A DNA stretch of 64,000 bases from a virus, in the IMG/VR virus record IMGVR_UViG_3300032240_001991, positions 33,128 through 97,127 of that record; one strand, written 5' to 3'. A program made the position numbers and the translations under genes. The first letter of the stretch is position 1; each line of letters starts with the position of its first letter. A model generated the notes under the pieces. The model did no database searches and was not told the DNA's origin. It worked only from the letters and a program-made list of their open reading frames with translations. Positions 19,089 to 27,766 of the stretch are shown piece after piece.

Positions 19089-19308
19089 AGTAGTTGTCCT
19101 GGGTTGTTATGTTAACGACTACAGTTATACAGTCTAGCCGCTGAGTCCGCAATGGGTTTATGGGGTGGGCCCCATAAAAAAATAACGGTTGCAGACCTGC
19201 TGATGAGATGCTAGCGGTGCCCCAGACGCCTACGGGAGGACGCGGGCTTAACACCGTGCGGGCAGGGTTGCAAGCAATATTTTTTTACGCAAGTGTAAAA
19301 AAATATAG

Positions 19309-19337
19309 TTGCACAAGCACTAGCATGGCGCTACTAT
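19309..19337 (+). promoter_or_regulatory. sigma70-like promoter (TTGCAC-N17-TACTAT)
   Basis: Lies upstream of the conserved 33-nt leader element and the ORF at 19379. Confidence 0.3.
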
Positions 19338-19378
19338 TAACGGGCTGCAATGTAGCAGCGCACTAGTAGTACAAGCAT

Positions 19379-19693
19379 ATGCAAACACAAGCACAAACAA
19401 CAACAGCCACTGCGCCGCGCGTAAAGCGCAAGTATACAAAGCGTAGCCTGCGCATTGTTACCGCTAACGACGCCAACACTGCAACCGCTACTGCAAAGCG
19501 CAACAGCGCACTGCACACGCAGCGTATGTTAAACTTTGCTACTGCGCAAAGCGCACAGCAAATTAACAAAGCACTGTATACAAGCAAAGTACGCTACCTG
19601 CAGGCCTGCATTGCGCACAACACAGCAATGCAGCAGTTGCAAGCGCAAATTACTGCGCACTTGCTAAACGTAGCAGCGCACATACAGTACTAA
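19379..19693 (+). CDS. hypothetical A/Q/T-rich protein
   Basis: ORF directly after the conserved leader; compositionally biased region, so coding status is uncertain. Confidence 0.35.
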   Translation: MQTQAQTTTATAPRVKRKYTKRSLRIVTANDANTATATAKRNSALHTQRMLNFATAQSAQQINKALYTSKVRYLQACIAHNTAMQQLQAQITAHLLNVAAHIQY

Positions 19694-20328
19694 CTGCTAC
19701 TGCACTGCACAAAACGCACACGCTATGCAAGTAGCGTGTGCGTTTTCGCGTCTGCCCGCTGCACACACTGCAAAACAACAACTTACGCGCTGGCTAGCTC
19801 TGGGGCGCGCTGATCTACTGTATATATGCACAGTAGCAAAACTTTGCAGTCGTTGGGCCTGGGGCACTGCTAAACAAGTTTGTGCTGTGGTGAGCGGGCT
19901 GAGTGCACTCTGCTGGGGCATCAGCAATCCCATGAATACTGCAGATATCTGTACAACAATACAGTGTGTTTGCGTGCCTAAGCACAGTAATAGCCGCCCT
20001 AAATTAAAAATTTAAGCAGCAGTTTCTTTGTCGTAGTTGTGGGGCAGGATCGTAGGTCTAGTTACTACAAAGTAAGAGATCTTACCCGGTGGTCGTGGGG
20101 ACATTAGAGGCCAAACGCGCAAAATTTTTTTACAGATCAGTAAATGCAGAGCTCTCGGTCATGGGGCGTGCAGACCCCACTGATCGCTGGAATTAGGCCT
20201 AAGAGAGGGCGGTCTGCGGACCCCAGGCAGCAGAAAGCATGAGCAGAGGTTACCCCATAGTACCCAAAATACCAGCGAGAGATACCCCATGTTGCACAAA
20301 AAATCCAGCAAAATATCCCAGAAAACAG

Positions 20329-20356
20329 TTGCGTGCAGCAGCAAAGAGTGTATAGT
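20329..20356 (+). promoter_or_regulatory. sigma70-like promoter (TTGCGT-N16-TATAGT)
   Basis: Lies upstream of the second copy of the conserved leader. Confidence 0.3.
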
Positions 20357-20397
20357 AACTGGGCTGCAACGTAGCAGCGACACTAGCAGTAGTAAAA

Positions 20398-20955
20398 ATG
20401 CAACAAAACGACGTAGCGCAACAAGTAGCGCAGTTGTTGGCTAACACAAGCGTGACCTTTGCTTGTGTGGCCTACAGCACCCCGGTTAAACTAGCGGCTA
20501 AAAACAAGCACTTAACTGTGCAGAAGCACACTGTGGCAAACGTGCAACTGTTTGCTAACATTAACGCAGCAACCAGCGTGTACGCTAATGCAGTTAAGCG
20601 TAGTGCAGCCACACACACCACAAACAGCCCCGCAGCAGTCGCAGAGTTCGCTGCGCAGAGTAACTACTACGAGCACACTGACTGCTACAGCATTGTGCAG
20701 CATAAAAACAACAGTAACCTGTACTTGTACTGCATTTATAACCGCGCACGCAGCAGTTACACCATTGACGGCGCCCCGGCTAGCCGACAAGATGTAGCAG
20801 CCCTGCTAACACCCAGCGCAGCAGAGCAGTTGTTGCATAGCAACAACGTAGTGCATAATGCCGCGCATAACATTACGCATAGCGTAATCGTGCGTACTAT
20901 TGCACTTAGCAACATCAAGCAAATCCGTGCTCGCCGGCAGCAACTGACTTTTTAG
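20398..20955 (+). CDS. hypothetical A/Q/N-rich protein
   Basis: ORF 4 nt after the second copy of the conserved leader; low complexity. Confidence 0.3.
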   Translation: MQQNDVAQQVAQLLANTSVTFACVAYSTPVKLAAKNKHLTVQKHTVANVQLFANINAATSVYANAVKRSAATHTTNSPAAVAEFAAQSNYYEHTDCYSIVQHKNNSNLYLYCIYNRARSSYTIDGAPASRQDVAALLTPSAAEQLLHSNNVVHNAAHNITHSVIVRTIALSNIKQIRARRQQLTF

Positions 20956-21090
20956 CAAAAAGCAGCAGCAGCTGGCGTTAGTAGTAGCGGGGCATCGCGT
21001 CCCGCTACTAGTGCTGAGTGCAGGAAACTTCGCCCAGCAAGGGTTCGTTGGGCTGGTGGGGTTTGCCCCAGACTTCTCAGAAACCCAACG

Positions 21091-21117
21091 TTGACTACTG
21101 GTACTTTTTGCTATACA
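21091..21117 (+). promoter_or_regulatory. putative promoter (TTGACT-N15-TATACA)
   Basis: Spacer ctggtactttttgc resembles the promoter family spacer. Confidence 0.25.
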
Positions 21118-21148
21118 CTAAACACATACAAGGACATAGGAGCCCACA

Positions 21149-21379
21149 GTGATTGCAACTATTGTGTATGCGCGTAATCCGCGCCAGCCTAATCCAATCG
21201 AAGGCTTTACCTCGTTCGCTCCCTCTGCTGCACACGCACAACGCCGCTTGCAGCAGTTGCAGCGCGACATTGCTTCCGGGCAGTGGCGTACTTGGACGGG
21301 TGAATCCCGGCGGCACTTCGTGGCTCGCGCACAGCGCAACGGCTGGGCGATTGAAGTCAAACAGGCTGTTATTGTCTAA
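21149..21379 (+). CDS. hypothetical protein (GTG start)
   Basis: AGGAG 5 nt before GTG; basic 76-aa product. Confidence 0.35.
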   Translation: MIATIVYARNPRQPNPIEGFTSFAPSAAHAQRRLQQLQRDIASGQWRTWTGESRRHFVARAQRNGWAIEVKQAVIV

Positions 21380-21391
21380 CAAGGAACTGAA

Positions 21392-21523
21392 CATGATCCG
21401 CAGCATACTAGATCAGTTTGCCAGCATCCCGCGTGATGAATGGCTGCACTTGGCGTCTTTGTTGTTCTTGTCGTTTGCAATTTCTGCTCTGCTTTACTTT
21501 GCACTGATGCTGTTGCTAAACTA
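21392..21523 (+). CDS. small membrane protein (43 aa)
   Basis: AAGGAA before ATG; one hydrophobic helix. Confidence 0.3.
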
Positions 21524-21865
21524 ACCCAAGTTTACACAAAGTTTTAAGCTGGCGCGCTCCGTAGCAGTATGGGGCGCGCGGCCTCACCTCTCCTGGCTCA
21601 AAAAATCTGTCTCTCTCAAAATGTAAACACTTACTGGTTCAAGGGGTATACCCCACAACCTAAGGTGGACCTAGTGCACAGTTTTTGTTTGTTAGTTCTA
21701 GTACGCACAACTTAGCAGTTGCCTAAACAACAAACTGTTAGCACACGCGATCTTCCAGTGATAGCGGGGTATGTGTGCCCCTATAGGCAGCTTGAAGAAC
21801 GGCAACGGGCTTAAAAATTGTTATAGCAACGCTCACCGCACGCACACGTTAGCTCGGGAAACCAT

Positions 21866-21894
21866 TTGACCACTATTCGTTGGCGTGTTATAAC
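21866..21894 (+). promoter_or_regulatory. sigma70-like promoter of the csrA operon (TTGACC-N17-TATAAC)
   Basis: Canonical spacing; followed by AGGAAG and then the csrA ATG. Confidence 0.5.
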
Positions 21895-21929
21895 ATAACT
21901 GCGTTTAACTTAAACAAGGAAGTCTGCAT

Positions 21930-22121
21930 ATGCTAGTGCTCACACGGCGCCCCGAGGAAGGCATCTGGCTGGGAGAAGACATCTGCATACGAATTGTTGC
22001 TATCAAAGGCAACCAAGTCCGTATTGCTATCGACGCCCCTAGTACAGTAAAGATACTGCGTACAGAACTATTAGACTTGACAGAAACTGTACAAAAACAG
22101 TTGACACACAAACACTACTAA
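21930..22121 (+). CDS. csrA: carbon storage regulator CsrA/RsmA homolog
   Basis: MLVLTRRPEEGIWLGEDICIRIVAIKGNQVRIAIDAPSTVKILRTEL matches the CsrA signature (MLILTRR..E...IG....V.VLG.KGNQVRIGI.AP..V...REE). Confidence 0.85.
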   Translation: MLVLTRRPEEGIWLGEDICIRIVAIKGNQVRIAIDAPSTVKILRTELLDLTETVQKQLTHKHY

Positions 22122-22135
22122 GGTACTATTAGCAC

Positions 22136-22291
22136 ATGAACACTGAACACGACGACGAAGAGCTTGACTACTACAAGCGCAAAGTTGCTAAAGCGGATGC
22201 TACCCTGGATCTGCTGATTGACTGCTTGGGCATTGGCCTAACGCTGTTCGTTGCATACCAACTGTTTCAACTGGTTCGCGCTTGGCTATGA
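22136..22291 (+). CDS. small membrane protein (51 aa)
   Basis: Acidic N-terminus then a transmembrane helix; its TGA overlaps the next ATG (ATGA). Confidence 0.35.
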   Translation: MNTEHDDEELDYYKRKVAKADATLDLLIDCLGIGLTLFVAYQLFQLVRAWL

Positions 22292-22500
22292 TCGACATCA
22301 ACTTTGACCAATTACTGAAGTTAGCCTCGCGCTCCGGTAACAGCATGGTATCCCGCACAGAATGCTTTGGCTGCGGCAGCAAGCAACGCTTGACACTGAC
22401 CAGTGATGCGGGTTATCGTCTGTGCCAGAGCTGCCAGGTTGAAGACCCGGAGCTGGCTGACAGTTTCCGTCCCGAACCTGACTTCTTCGAATACCGCTAG
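22288..22500 (+). CDS. zinc-ribbon protein
   Basis: CFGCGS...CQSCQ four-Cys motif; translationally coupled to the preceding ORF. Confidence 0.45.
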   Translation: MIDINFDQLLKLASRSGNSMVSRTECFGCGSKQRLTLTSDAGYRLCQSCQVEDPELADSFRPEPDFFEYR

Positions 22501-22546
22501 CACCACTTCCTCACCTCCTTCCTTCTTTTTCTGGTGCTAGTGCTTT

Positions 22547-22575
22547 GCGGGCTGCTTAGTAGCCCGCTTTTTTTT
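22547..22575 (+). terminator. rho-independent terminator
   Basis: GCGGGCT-gcttagt-AGCCCGC stem followed by T8, 47 nt after the zinc-ribbon stop. Confidence 0.7.
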
Positions 22576-23542
22576 GACCGCAAATTCTGATCGCCATAGA
22601 AAGGACGTGGATCCATTCCTGATAAGAATCCATGTTCATGGCTAGCGGGGTATCCTAAGTTCTTACACCTTAGATCAAAAAATCTAATCATCTTGTTGTT
22701 GGTGTGTAAATTTTAAGTCCGCTAAGTCTTTGATTTATAAGAGGCTGACCCCACAGAATACAGTTTGAATTGCCAAAGATCGGATAAGATCAGATAAGAT
22801 ATCTGCAGCGAACCTGGGGTAAAGAACGATCCTCTTAGACCCTCTCAAACAAATATGGTAAGTATGTAGATGCTCTCTTGGGGTTATTGGGCAGCATCTA
22901 CATTAACTTTTTGTAATGTTTAAGCGTTATGTTATAATTTGCAAAATAACAACAACACACGACGCCGTACGACTTACGTGGTGAGCTAGAGTTTGCCGGG
23001 GTCCGCAACCCTACGTAGCAAGCGCATTTTTAGTACGCATTAGTAGTTACACACGCACATAGCGGACTCCTGTACCGATGGGGTTATTGGTACTGTTGTG
23101 CATTAAGTTTTTTTAATGTTGTGCGCTGTAAGAAACCCCAAGATAGCCTCTTGCGTACTGCTGTGCAGTTGTGCTATAAATTAACTTAATGCAGCGCAAC
23201 TTAACTTAACGTAGCAACATAATATGTTGCAACGCACAAAGACAAGTGCTGTAGCGATGGGAGGAAAAAAACAGCGACGGGACTGAACAGCCCCTCACCG
23301 GCGGCGGTTCTGTAGAGACAGGCGCCTTCGTGGCGCGAGATCTGGCTAGGGCCAGTAGTCCTGACCCCGCCCTGCGCAGCTAGAAGCCTATCAACGATTT
23401 CTCAAGGACCAAGAACCCGGATGTTTCCATTGCAGTCAACGCTACAACAGAGATAACAATAAAGACTGCGATCTTAGATACAAAGGCAGTAAAGCGTACC
23501 ATGTGCGTGTGTCCCGTTGGGTAGAGCTTGCGAATTCTTGCG

Positions 23543-23743
23543 TTAGCGGACTTTGTGAATCCAGCAGACTTGATTGTTGTGATCGGCAGCAAAGATCACT
23601 TCGCGGCGGCGAGCAACACCCAAGTGCTGATTGGGAGCAATCTCTTCCCAAAGGTGCTGAAGAAGAGTAGCACGGTAAATGGCATAGCGAGCGAAGTTGC
23701 GGTCGTAGTAGCCCATTCGTTCACGGCGGATGTGAAGTTCCAT
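23543..23743 (-). CDS. hypothetical protein (66 aa)
   Basis: One of three overlapping small ORFs here and the most protein-like. Confidence 0.3.
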   Translation of the reverse strand: MELHIRRERMGYYDRNFARYAIYRATLLQHLWEEIAPNQHLGVARRREVIFAADHNNQVCWIHKVR

Positions 23744-23971
23744 AGTCGGTAGTTCCTTGTAGAAGTTTTAGGTGGAATCTATTGCGTCTCTCAACAAGCG
23801 CAATATATGACTATTTAACTTAAGTTGCAAGTTTTCTCTTGTTAAGACTAAGAATCTCTAGCTTGGCCGTGGGGTAGAAATCCTAGATAGAAATTCCTTC
23901 TAGGGTATTCTAGCAAGCAGCGGGGTATTTGCAGGTCCTGGGTGGATCCCAGGACCCGCTAGGGTTTCTGT

Positions 23972-24262
23972 TTAGCGATTACGATCCAAGCGATCTACAT
24001 AGTCCATACGATGTAGATCGCAGTTGCCAAACCAAATGCTGTAACACCAAAAGAACAAGGACGCCCATAGGACTTCAAACAAGATGTCGTTGGCTTTATC
24101 GTAATGTAAGAAGCCGGTTACTATCCATCCCAACCAGACTGTGATGGCAATCACACCCGAGGTCTTGTATAAGCGTGAGGCACGCCGATAGCGTGCAATG
24201 TCAGCTTCAGTCATTTGTTTCTTTAGGATAGCATCAATAGTTTCTTGACTTGGACGATACAT
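23972..24262 (-). CDS. small membrane protein (96 aa)
   Basis: Two predicted transmembrane helices. Confidence 0.45.
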   Translation of the reverse strand: MYRPSQETIDAILKKQMTEADIARYRRASRLYKTSGVIAITVWLGWIVTGFLHYDKANDILFEVLWASLFFWCYSIWFGNCDLHRMDYVDRLDRNR

Positions 24263-24266
24263 AGTG

Positions 24267-24569
24267 CTACACCAATCGTATGTTCGCGGACAGGTACTTG
24301 AGAACTTTGGGATACCCGTGCTTGTCTAGCATCAAGTCCAGCATAGCATTAGCTGAAGTGTCCCGTGCTTCATAGCCCAAGCGATCAGCATCAATGCAGC
24401 ACTCTATTGCGCTGTCGTTGTCAATGCGCTCGCCTATCGTTTCGGCATCGCGCATGACATCTGGGGCTACCATGCCCCAGACCTTCAGGATGGGCTTCTT
24501 CATGCGCTCTACAAACTCGGAATTAAGAGCGATTGCAGCAATCTTTTTTGGAGCCATCGTAGTTACCAT
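24267..24569 (-). CDS. hypothetical protein (100 aa)
   Basis: Intact ORF tightly packed with its neighbours. Confidence 0.45.
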   Translation of the reverse strand: MVTTMAPKKIAAIALNSEFVERMKKPILKVWGMVAPDVMRDAETIGERIDNDSAIECCIDADRLGYEARDTSANAMLDLMLDKHGYPKVLKYLSANIRLV

Positions 24570-24808
24570 CCCATCGCTGTCAGCTTACCACGCAACTTAA
24601 TCTGCGCTTCAGTCAGTTCAACTGTGTGCCACACCCCATTGGCATCCTGCGCACGAGCTATATCGTGTGCATAAACGCTGCCAATTTCCTTAAAGAAGCC
24701 CTCAACTTCAACTAAGCGGAGGTTGCCCTTCTTGCTATCGTACATAGTCCCATACCAGCCGTTCCGCTGCTGGACTCGTTGCCCTTTCTTAATGTCGTTG
24801 GTCTTCAT
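24563..24808 (-). CDS. hypothetical protein (81 aa)
   Basis: Intact ORF; 7-nt overlap with the downstream gene. Confidence 0.45.
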   Translation of the reverse strand: MKTNDIKKGQRVQQRNGWYGTMYDSKKGNLRLVEVEGFFKEIGSVYAHDIARAQDANGVWHTVELTEAQIKLRGKLTAMGW

Positions 24809-24815
24809 AACAGTA

Positions 24816-25070
24816 TTACTCCGTGTCTGCTGTTACAATATTAGTGTGCTGCTTTGCGTAGGTTTCGTCAAGAACAGTATAGCCTTTGCCGCGGAATTCT
24901 TTAGCGAAAGCGGCAACCAGTAGCCAGTTATCAACACTAAGAGCCATCTTCCAGATCTTGTGATGTCCCCAAGTGACATCAATGGTCTTCTGCGTGTTGC
25001 TGATGCGATAAACATTCTTGTTCATGTACTGCATCATCCTAATGGCACTGCTACGTTGCAGTAAGCTCAT
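24816..25070 (-). CDS. hypothetical protein (84 aa)
   Basis: Intact ORF at the head of a minus-strand operon. Confidence 0.45.
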   Translation of the reverse strand: MSLLQRSSAIRMMQYMNKNVYRISNTQKTIDVTWGHHKIWKMALSVDNWLLVAAFAKEFRGKGYTVLDETYAKQHTNIVTADTE

Positions 25071-25174
25071 AGTAACATAATATATAACTTCTGCAACCTT
25101 TTTAAAACTGTTTACACTTGGATCTTGGGGTAGGACCCCATGTTTCTACGAATCAAAAAAATTTTTTTTACTGG

Positions 25175-25203
25175 TTGACAAGTTTTGCTGCGAGTCGTAT
25201 GTT
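25175..25203 (+). promoter_or_regulatory. sigma70-like promoter (TTGACA-N17-TATGTT), plus strand
   Basis: Canonical spacing; no plus-strand ORF follows, so it may drive a small RNA. Confidence 0.35.
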
Positions 25204-25373
25204 CAATAGATGATTAAACATAATTCGCTGCAACGCAACATAACGTGTAGCGCAACAACAGATCATATGGAGGAGTGGGGTACGCACCCCACAGAGGACT
25301 CACAAAGACATCGCTGAAACAGGGGGGACAATCCACGACTTTTTGATTGAGACGGCCTAGTCTAGCCACGGCC

Positions 25374-25410
25374 AAAAAAACACCCTCGGAGAGGTCTCTC
25401 AACGAGGGTG
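25374..25410 (-). terminator. rho-independent terminator (minus strand)
   Basis: CACCCTCG-14 nt loop-CGAGGGTG stem followed by T7 on the minus strand, just downstream of the stop at 25454. Confidence 0.55.
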
Positions 25411-25453
25411 AGGGGCCACGTTCGCCCCAAATCAAATTTTCTGAACTGCTAGA

Positions 25454-25663
25454 CTAGATCCAGTAGTCTTCGGAGTAGTAGTGATCCTGCTCCAACAGGA
25501 TACGATCGTACTCTGCGCCGCCCGCCGCAACAAAACGCTCCCAGTCGTCCTGTTCCTGTGCTGCGATCGCATCGTCTGCAAAGCCCTGCTCGTCCAGCCA
25601 CTGCTGGTACTCGGCATCAAACTCTGCCGCTTCGTCCTGCGCCATTGCCCAAAGCTCGTCCAT
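25454..25663 (-). CDS. small acidic protein
   Basis: C-terminal portion of ORF 25454..25906 (MDELWAMAQDEAAEFDAEYQQWLDEQGF...); the N-terminal extension overlaps a better ORF. Confidence 0.35.
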   Translation of the reverse strand: MDELWAMAQDEAAEFDAEYQQWLDEQGFADDAIAAQEQDDWERFVAAGGAEYDRILLEQDHYYSEDYWI

Positions 25664-25727
25664 TGCCAGCTCCTTGTCTGCTGTTGCTACTAACGTGCGT
25701 GTACTATAGCAGGCAGTGCACCCGCTG

Positions 25728-25940
25728 TCAACCAGTTTTACTGCGGATGTCTGCCAAGGCAAGGTCATAGGCGCGGTCCACACGCTCTTCGTAGAACAGC
25801 TTGGCAAAAGGCCGATCATAATAGCGATTGCAAAGATACTGACCAAAGCGAAGACCTTGGGAATCTCTCCCCATGCCACACTTGTTGATCCACTTAAGGT
25901 ATTCACTTGATAGCAGTTCCGTTGTTAGATCTTGTAGCAT
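25728..25940 (-). CDS. hypothetical protein (70 aa)
   Basis: Protein-like composition; CAGCGGGGTATT motif about 27 nt upstream. Confidence 0.4.
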   Translation of the reverse strand: MLQDLTTELLSSEYLKWINKCGMGRDSQGLRFGQYLCNRYYDRPFAKLFYEERVDRAYDLALADIRSKTG

Positions 25941-25984
25941 AATCTTTAGCTTAGTCTTCTGTGGCGCAGCGGGGTATTTACAGC

Positions 25985-26572
25985 CTACCGAAACCTAGGC
26001 CCCGCAATCCAAACTACCAAGGTCCGCCTAACTCCGCGAGTCACAGGAGTAACACGATGTGCTACCCAACTTGGGAACACGTAGGCCATGCCTCGTGCCT
26101 TACGAGCAACTATGGGAGGATCCTGTATACCAAACTCCAAGTCCCCACCATCGTAGTCTGCAGGGTCTGACAACTGTATCACTACGCTTAACTTTCTAGG
26201 CGACGCAGTAAGTATACCGCGATCAGTATGCCACGAGTAATGGGAACCTTCTTCGTCATAGACCGTATACTGAAAGTCCTCTACAAAGCCAAATAGATCA
26301 AACTGAAAGTATTGTCCGTTAGCGGTAGCAGCCACGTTCCTAATAGTGTTGTAAATGAAGTCAGTTTCATCGTTATGCGGAAGCCAAGCAACCTTGCTCT
26401 TCCTACGAGGATCACTGGGGCCGTCTGTAGTGTGTGCAGTTATCAGCGTCTGTGCTTGACCAATCTCAACAATGCGATCCAGCTCTTGCTCTGTAAAGGT
26501 CTGCTCGCAGCAGGCGTATTCTAACTCACCTCCTGCGAGACTGGGCGAGGGTGGGAACAGGTATACTGACAT
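25985..26572 (-). CDS. 2OG-Fe(II) oxygenase superfamily protein
   Basis: HxD (WHTD) and distal His (WVAHRV) plus RRTLVVWI, typical of the jelly-roll prolyl-hydroxylase/PhyH fold; start trimmed to M22. Confidence 0.65.
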   Translation of the reverse strand: MSVYLFPPSPSLAGGELEYACCEQTFTEQELDRIVEIGQAQTLITAHTTDGPSDPRRKSKVAWLPHNDETDFIYNTIRNVAATANGQYFQFDLFGFVEDFQYTVYDEEGSHYSWHTDRGILTASPRKLSVVIQLSDPADYDGGDLEFGIQDPPIVARKARGMAYVFPSWVAHRVTPVTRGVRRTLVVWIAGPRFR

Positions 26573-26573
26573 A

Positions 26574-26852
26574 TTAGGTATTATGCAGTCCCTGAAGGAC
26601 TTTGTCAATCCACTCCCCGTGACCCTTGTGAGCATCTTCTGCTGTGTAGTAACGCTCTACCACACGGCTATCCCCGTCATCAAAGAACAAGCAGGTCTCC
26701 CAAGTGGGCTTTTTGATAAGACCGCCCGGAGTGACCATTAGGCGTACAGTACTGATATCAACATCATGTACAGTATCATGCCCAACGAGCACAGTGGGAT
26801 CATTGTGGTGCTCAGCGATACACTTGGCCAAAACATCTAGATCGATTGGCAT
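26574..26852 (-). CDS. hypothetical protein (92 aa)
   Basis: Intact ORF abutting the oxygenase gene. Confidence 0.4.
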   Translation of the reverse strand: MPIDLDVLAKCIAEHHNDPTVLVGHDTVHDVDISTVRLMVTPGGLIKKPTWETCLFFDDGDSRVVERYYTAEDAHKGHGEWIDKVLQGLHNT

Positions 26853-26904
26853 TGCCAGCTCCCAAAAAATACGGTTGACCTATACACCGTAAGGTATTAG
26901 TGGA

Positions 26905-27105
26905 CTAGCAGTCGGGATCGTAGTCGTGCCACTCCAAGGACTCGTCCACGCTGTCGTAGCGGTCGTCGTAGCGGTCGTCCTCGTCCTCGTCCTCGTCCTC
27001 GTCGTCGCGGAAGGTGCGCTCGTCCAGCTCCTTGTCCTCAGGCAGGTCAAAGTCGCCAGTGTTGTCGTCATCCAGGACGTCGTCAAAGCTCTTGTAACGC
27101 GGCAT
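26905..27105 (-). CDS. highly acidic small protein
   Basis: DEDEDEDEDD runs; AGGAG before the ATG. Confidence 0.45.
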   Translation of the reverse strand: MPRYKSFDDVLDDDNTGDFDLPEDKELDERTFRDDEDEDEDEDDRYDDRYDSVDESLEWHDYDPDC

Positions 27106-27139
27106 TGCATTTCTCCTATGTGCTGTGCCTACAGTTCCA

Positions 27140-27167
27140 ATTTTACGTCTTTGCTAACGGTTGTCAA
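27140..27167 (-). promoter_or_regulatory. sigma70-like promoter (TTGACA-N16-TAAAAT)
   Basis: Lies upstream of the acidic protein gene. Confidence 0.4.
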
Positions 27168-27186
27168 CCATTTTTTGAAAAGATTT

Positions 27187-27339
27187 TTAGTGTGTTTGGA
27201 GCCAAGCAATCATAGCGTTGATCAACGCAAAGATGTGCATGATACCCCACCCAACAAAGATAGCTAGAGCCACTGTGCAGACTGCCCAGCCTGCCACAGC
27301 CCATTTAAACAAGTTATTAATATTTGGAGTCTTCTGCAT
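27187..27339 (-). CDS. small membrane protein (50 aa)
   Basis: GAGGAAG 7 nt before the ATG; hydrophobic; immediately downstream of tRNA-Lys. Confidence 0.3.
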   Translation of the reverse strand: MQKTPNINNLFKWAVAGWAVCTVALAIFVGWGIMHIFALINAMIAWLQTH

Positions 27340-27359
27340 GACAACTTCCTCAAAAAAAG

Positions 27360-27435
27360 TGGTGGGTCCTGAGGGGTTCGAACCCTCGACAAACGGATTA
27401 AAAGTCCGCTGCTCTACCGACTGAGCTAAGGACCC
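27360..27435 (-). tRNA. tRNA-Lys (anticodon TTT)
   Basis: Cloverleaf GGGTCCT / GCTC-AGTCGGTA-GAGC / anticodon loop CTTTTAA / T-loop GGGTTCGAACCCC / acceptor AGGACCC + ACCA. Confidence 0.85.
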
Positions 27436-27442
27436 AAAAATC

Positions 27443-27613
27443 TTATTCGTTGGTGTCCCAATTCAGCCCATACTTGGGCTTACGTTTGTAGTCGTGCTTG
27501 CGGTCACGATGCGTGTCCGCACGGTTGAAAGTGTTAAGATTACGGGCCACGGGATTGCGACGGCTAATCACGTCAGCCTTGAGAAGAAACATTGGTGCGT
27601 TTGAATTCTTCAT
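27443..27613 (-). CDS. small basic protein (56 aa)
   Basis: Short ORF between a promoter and tRNA-Lys; below the ORF-track length cutoff. Confidence 0.3.
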   Translation of the reverse strand: MKNSNAPMFLLKADVISRRNPVARNLNTFNRADTHRDRKHDYKRKPKYGLNWDTNE

Positions 27614-27642
27614 ATCAATCACTCAGTTACTGTATGTGTAGT

Positions 27643-27671
27643 AATGTAGCAGGTTATTTACCACTTGTCAA
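27643..27671 (-). promoter_or_regulatory. promoter family member (TTGACA-N17-TACATT)
   Basis: Spacer gtggtaaataacctgc is the conserved family spacer. Confidence 0.4.
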
Positions 27672-27766
27672 CCTTTATTTCGATAACTCTGTACTATCTG
27701 CACTAGGATTACTATAGCAATACCCCACGCAAAAGTCAAGCCAAGGCCCTGAACTGTCATGGGGCA

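Noticed and set aside
18777-19137. Plus-strand ORFs overlapping 18855..19088
   Set aside because: The minus-strand product has a clear paralog at 28485..28694. The plus frames are composition artefacts.
19093-19200. Hairpin ATGGGG-TGGG-CCCCAT followed by A7
   Set aside because: The T-run is on the wrong side for either strand to act as an intrinsic terminator.
25454-25906. Full-length 150-aa minus-strand ORF
   Set aside because: The N-terminal half overlaps the better ORF 25728..25940 in another frame. Only the acidic C-terminal part from M82 is retained.
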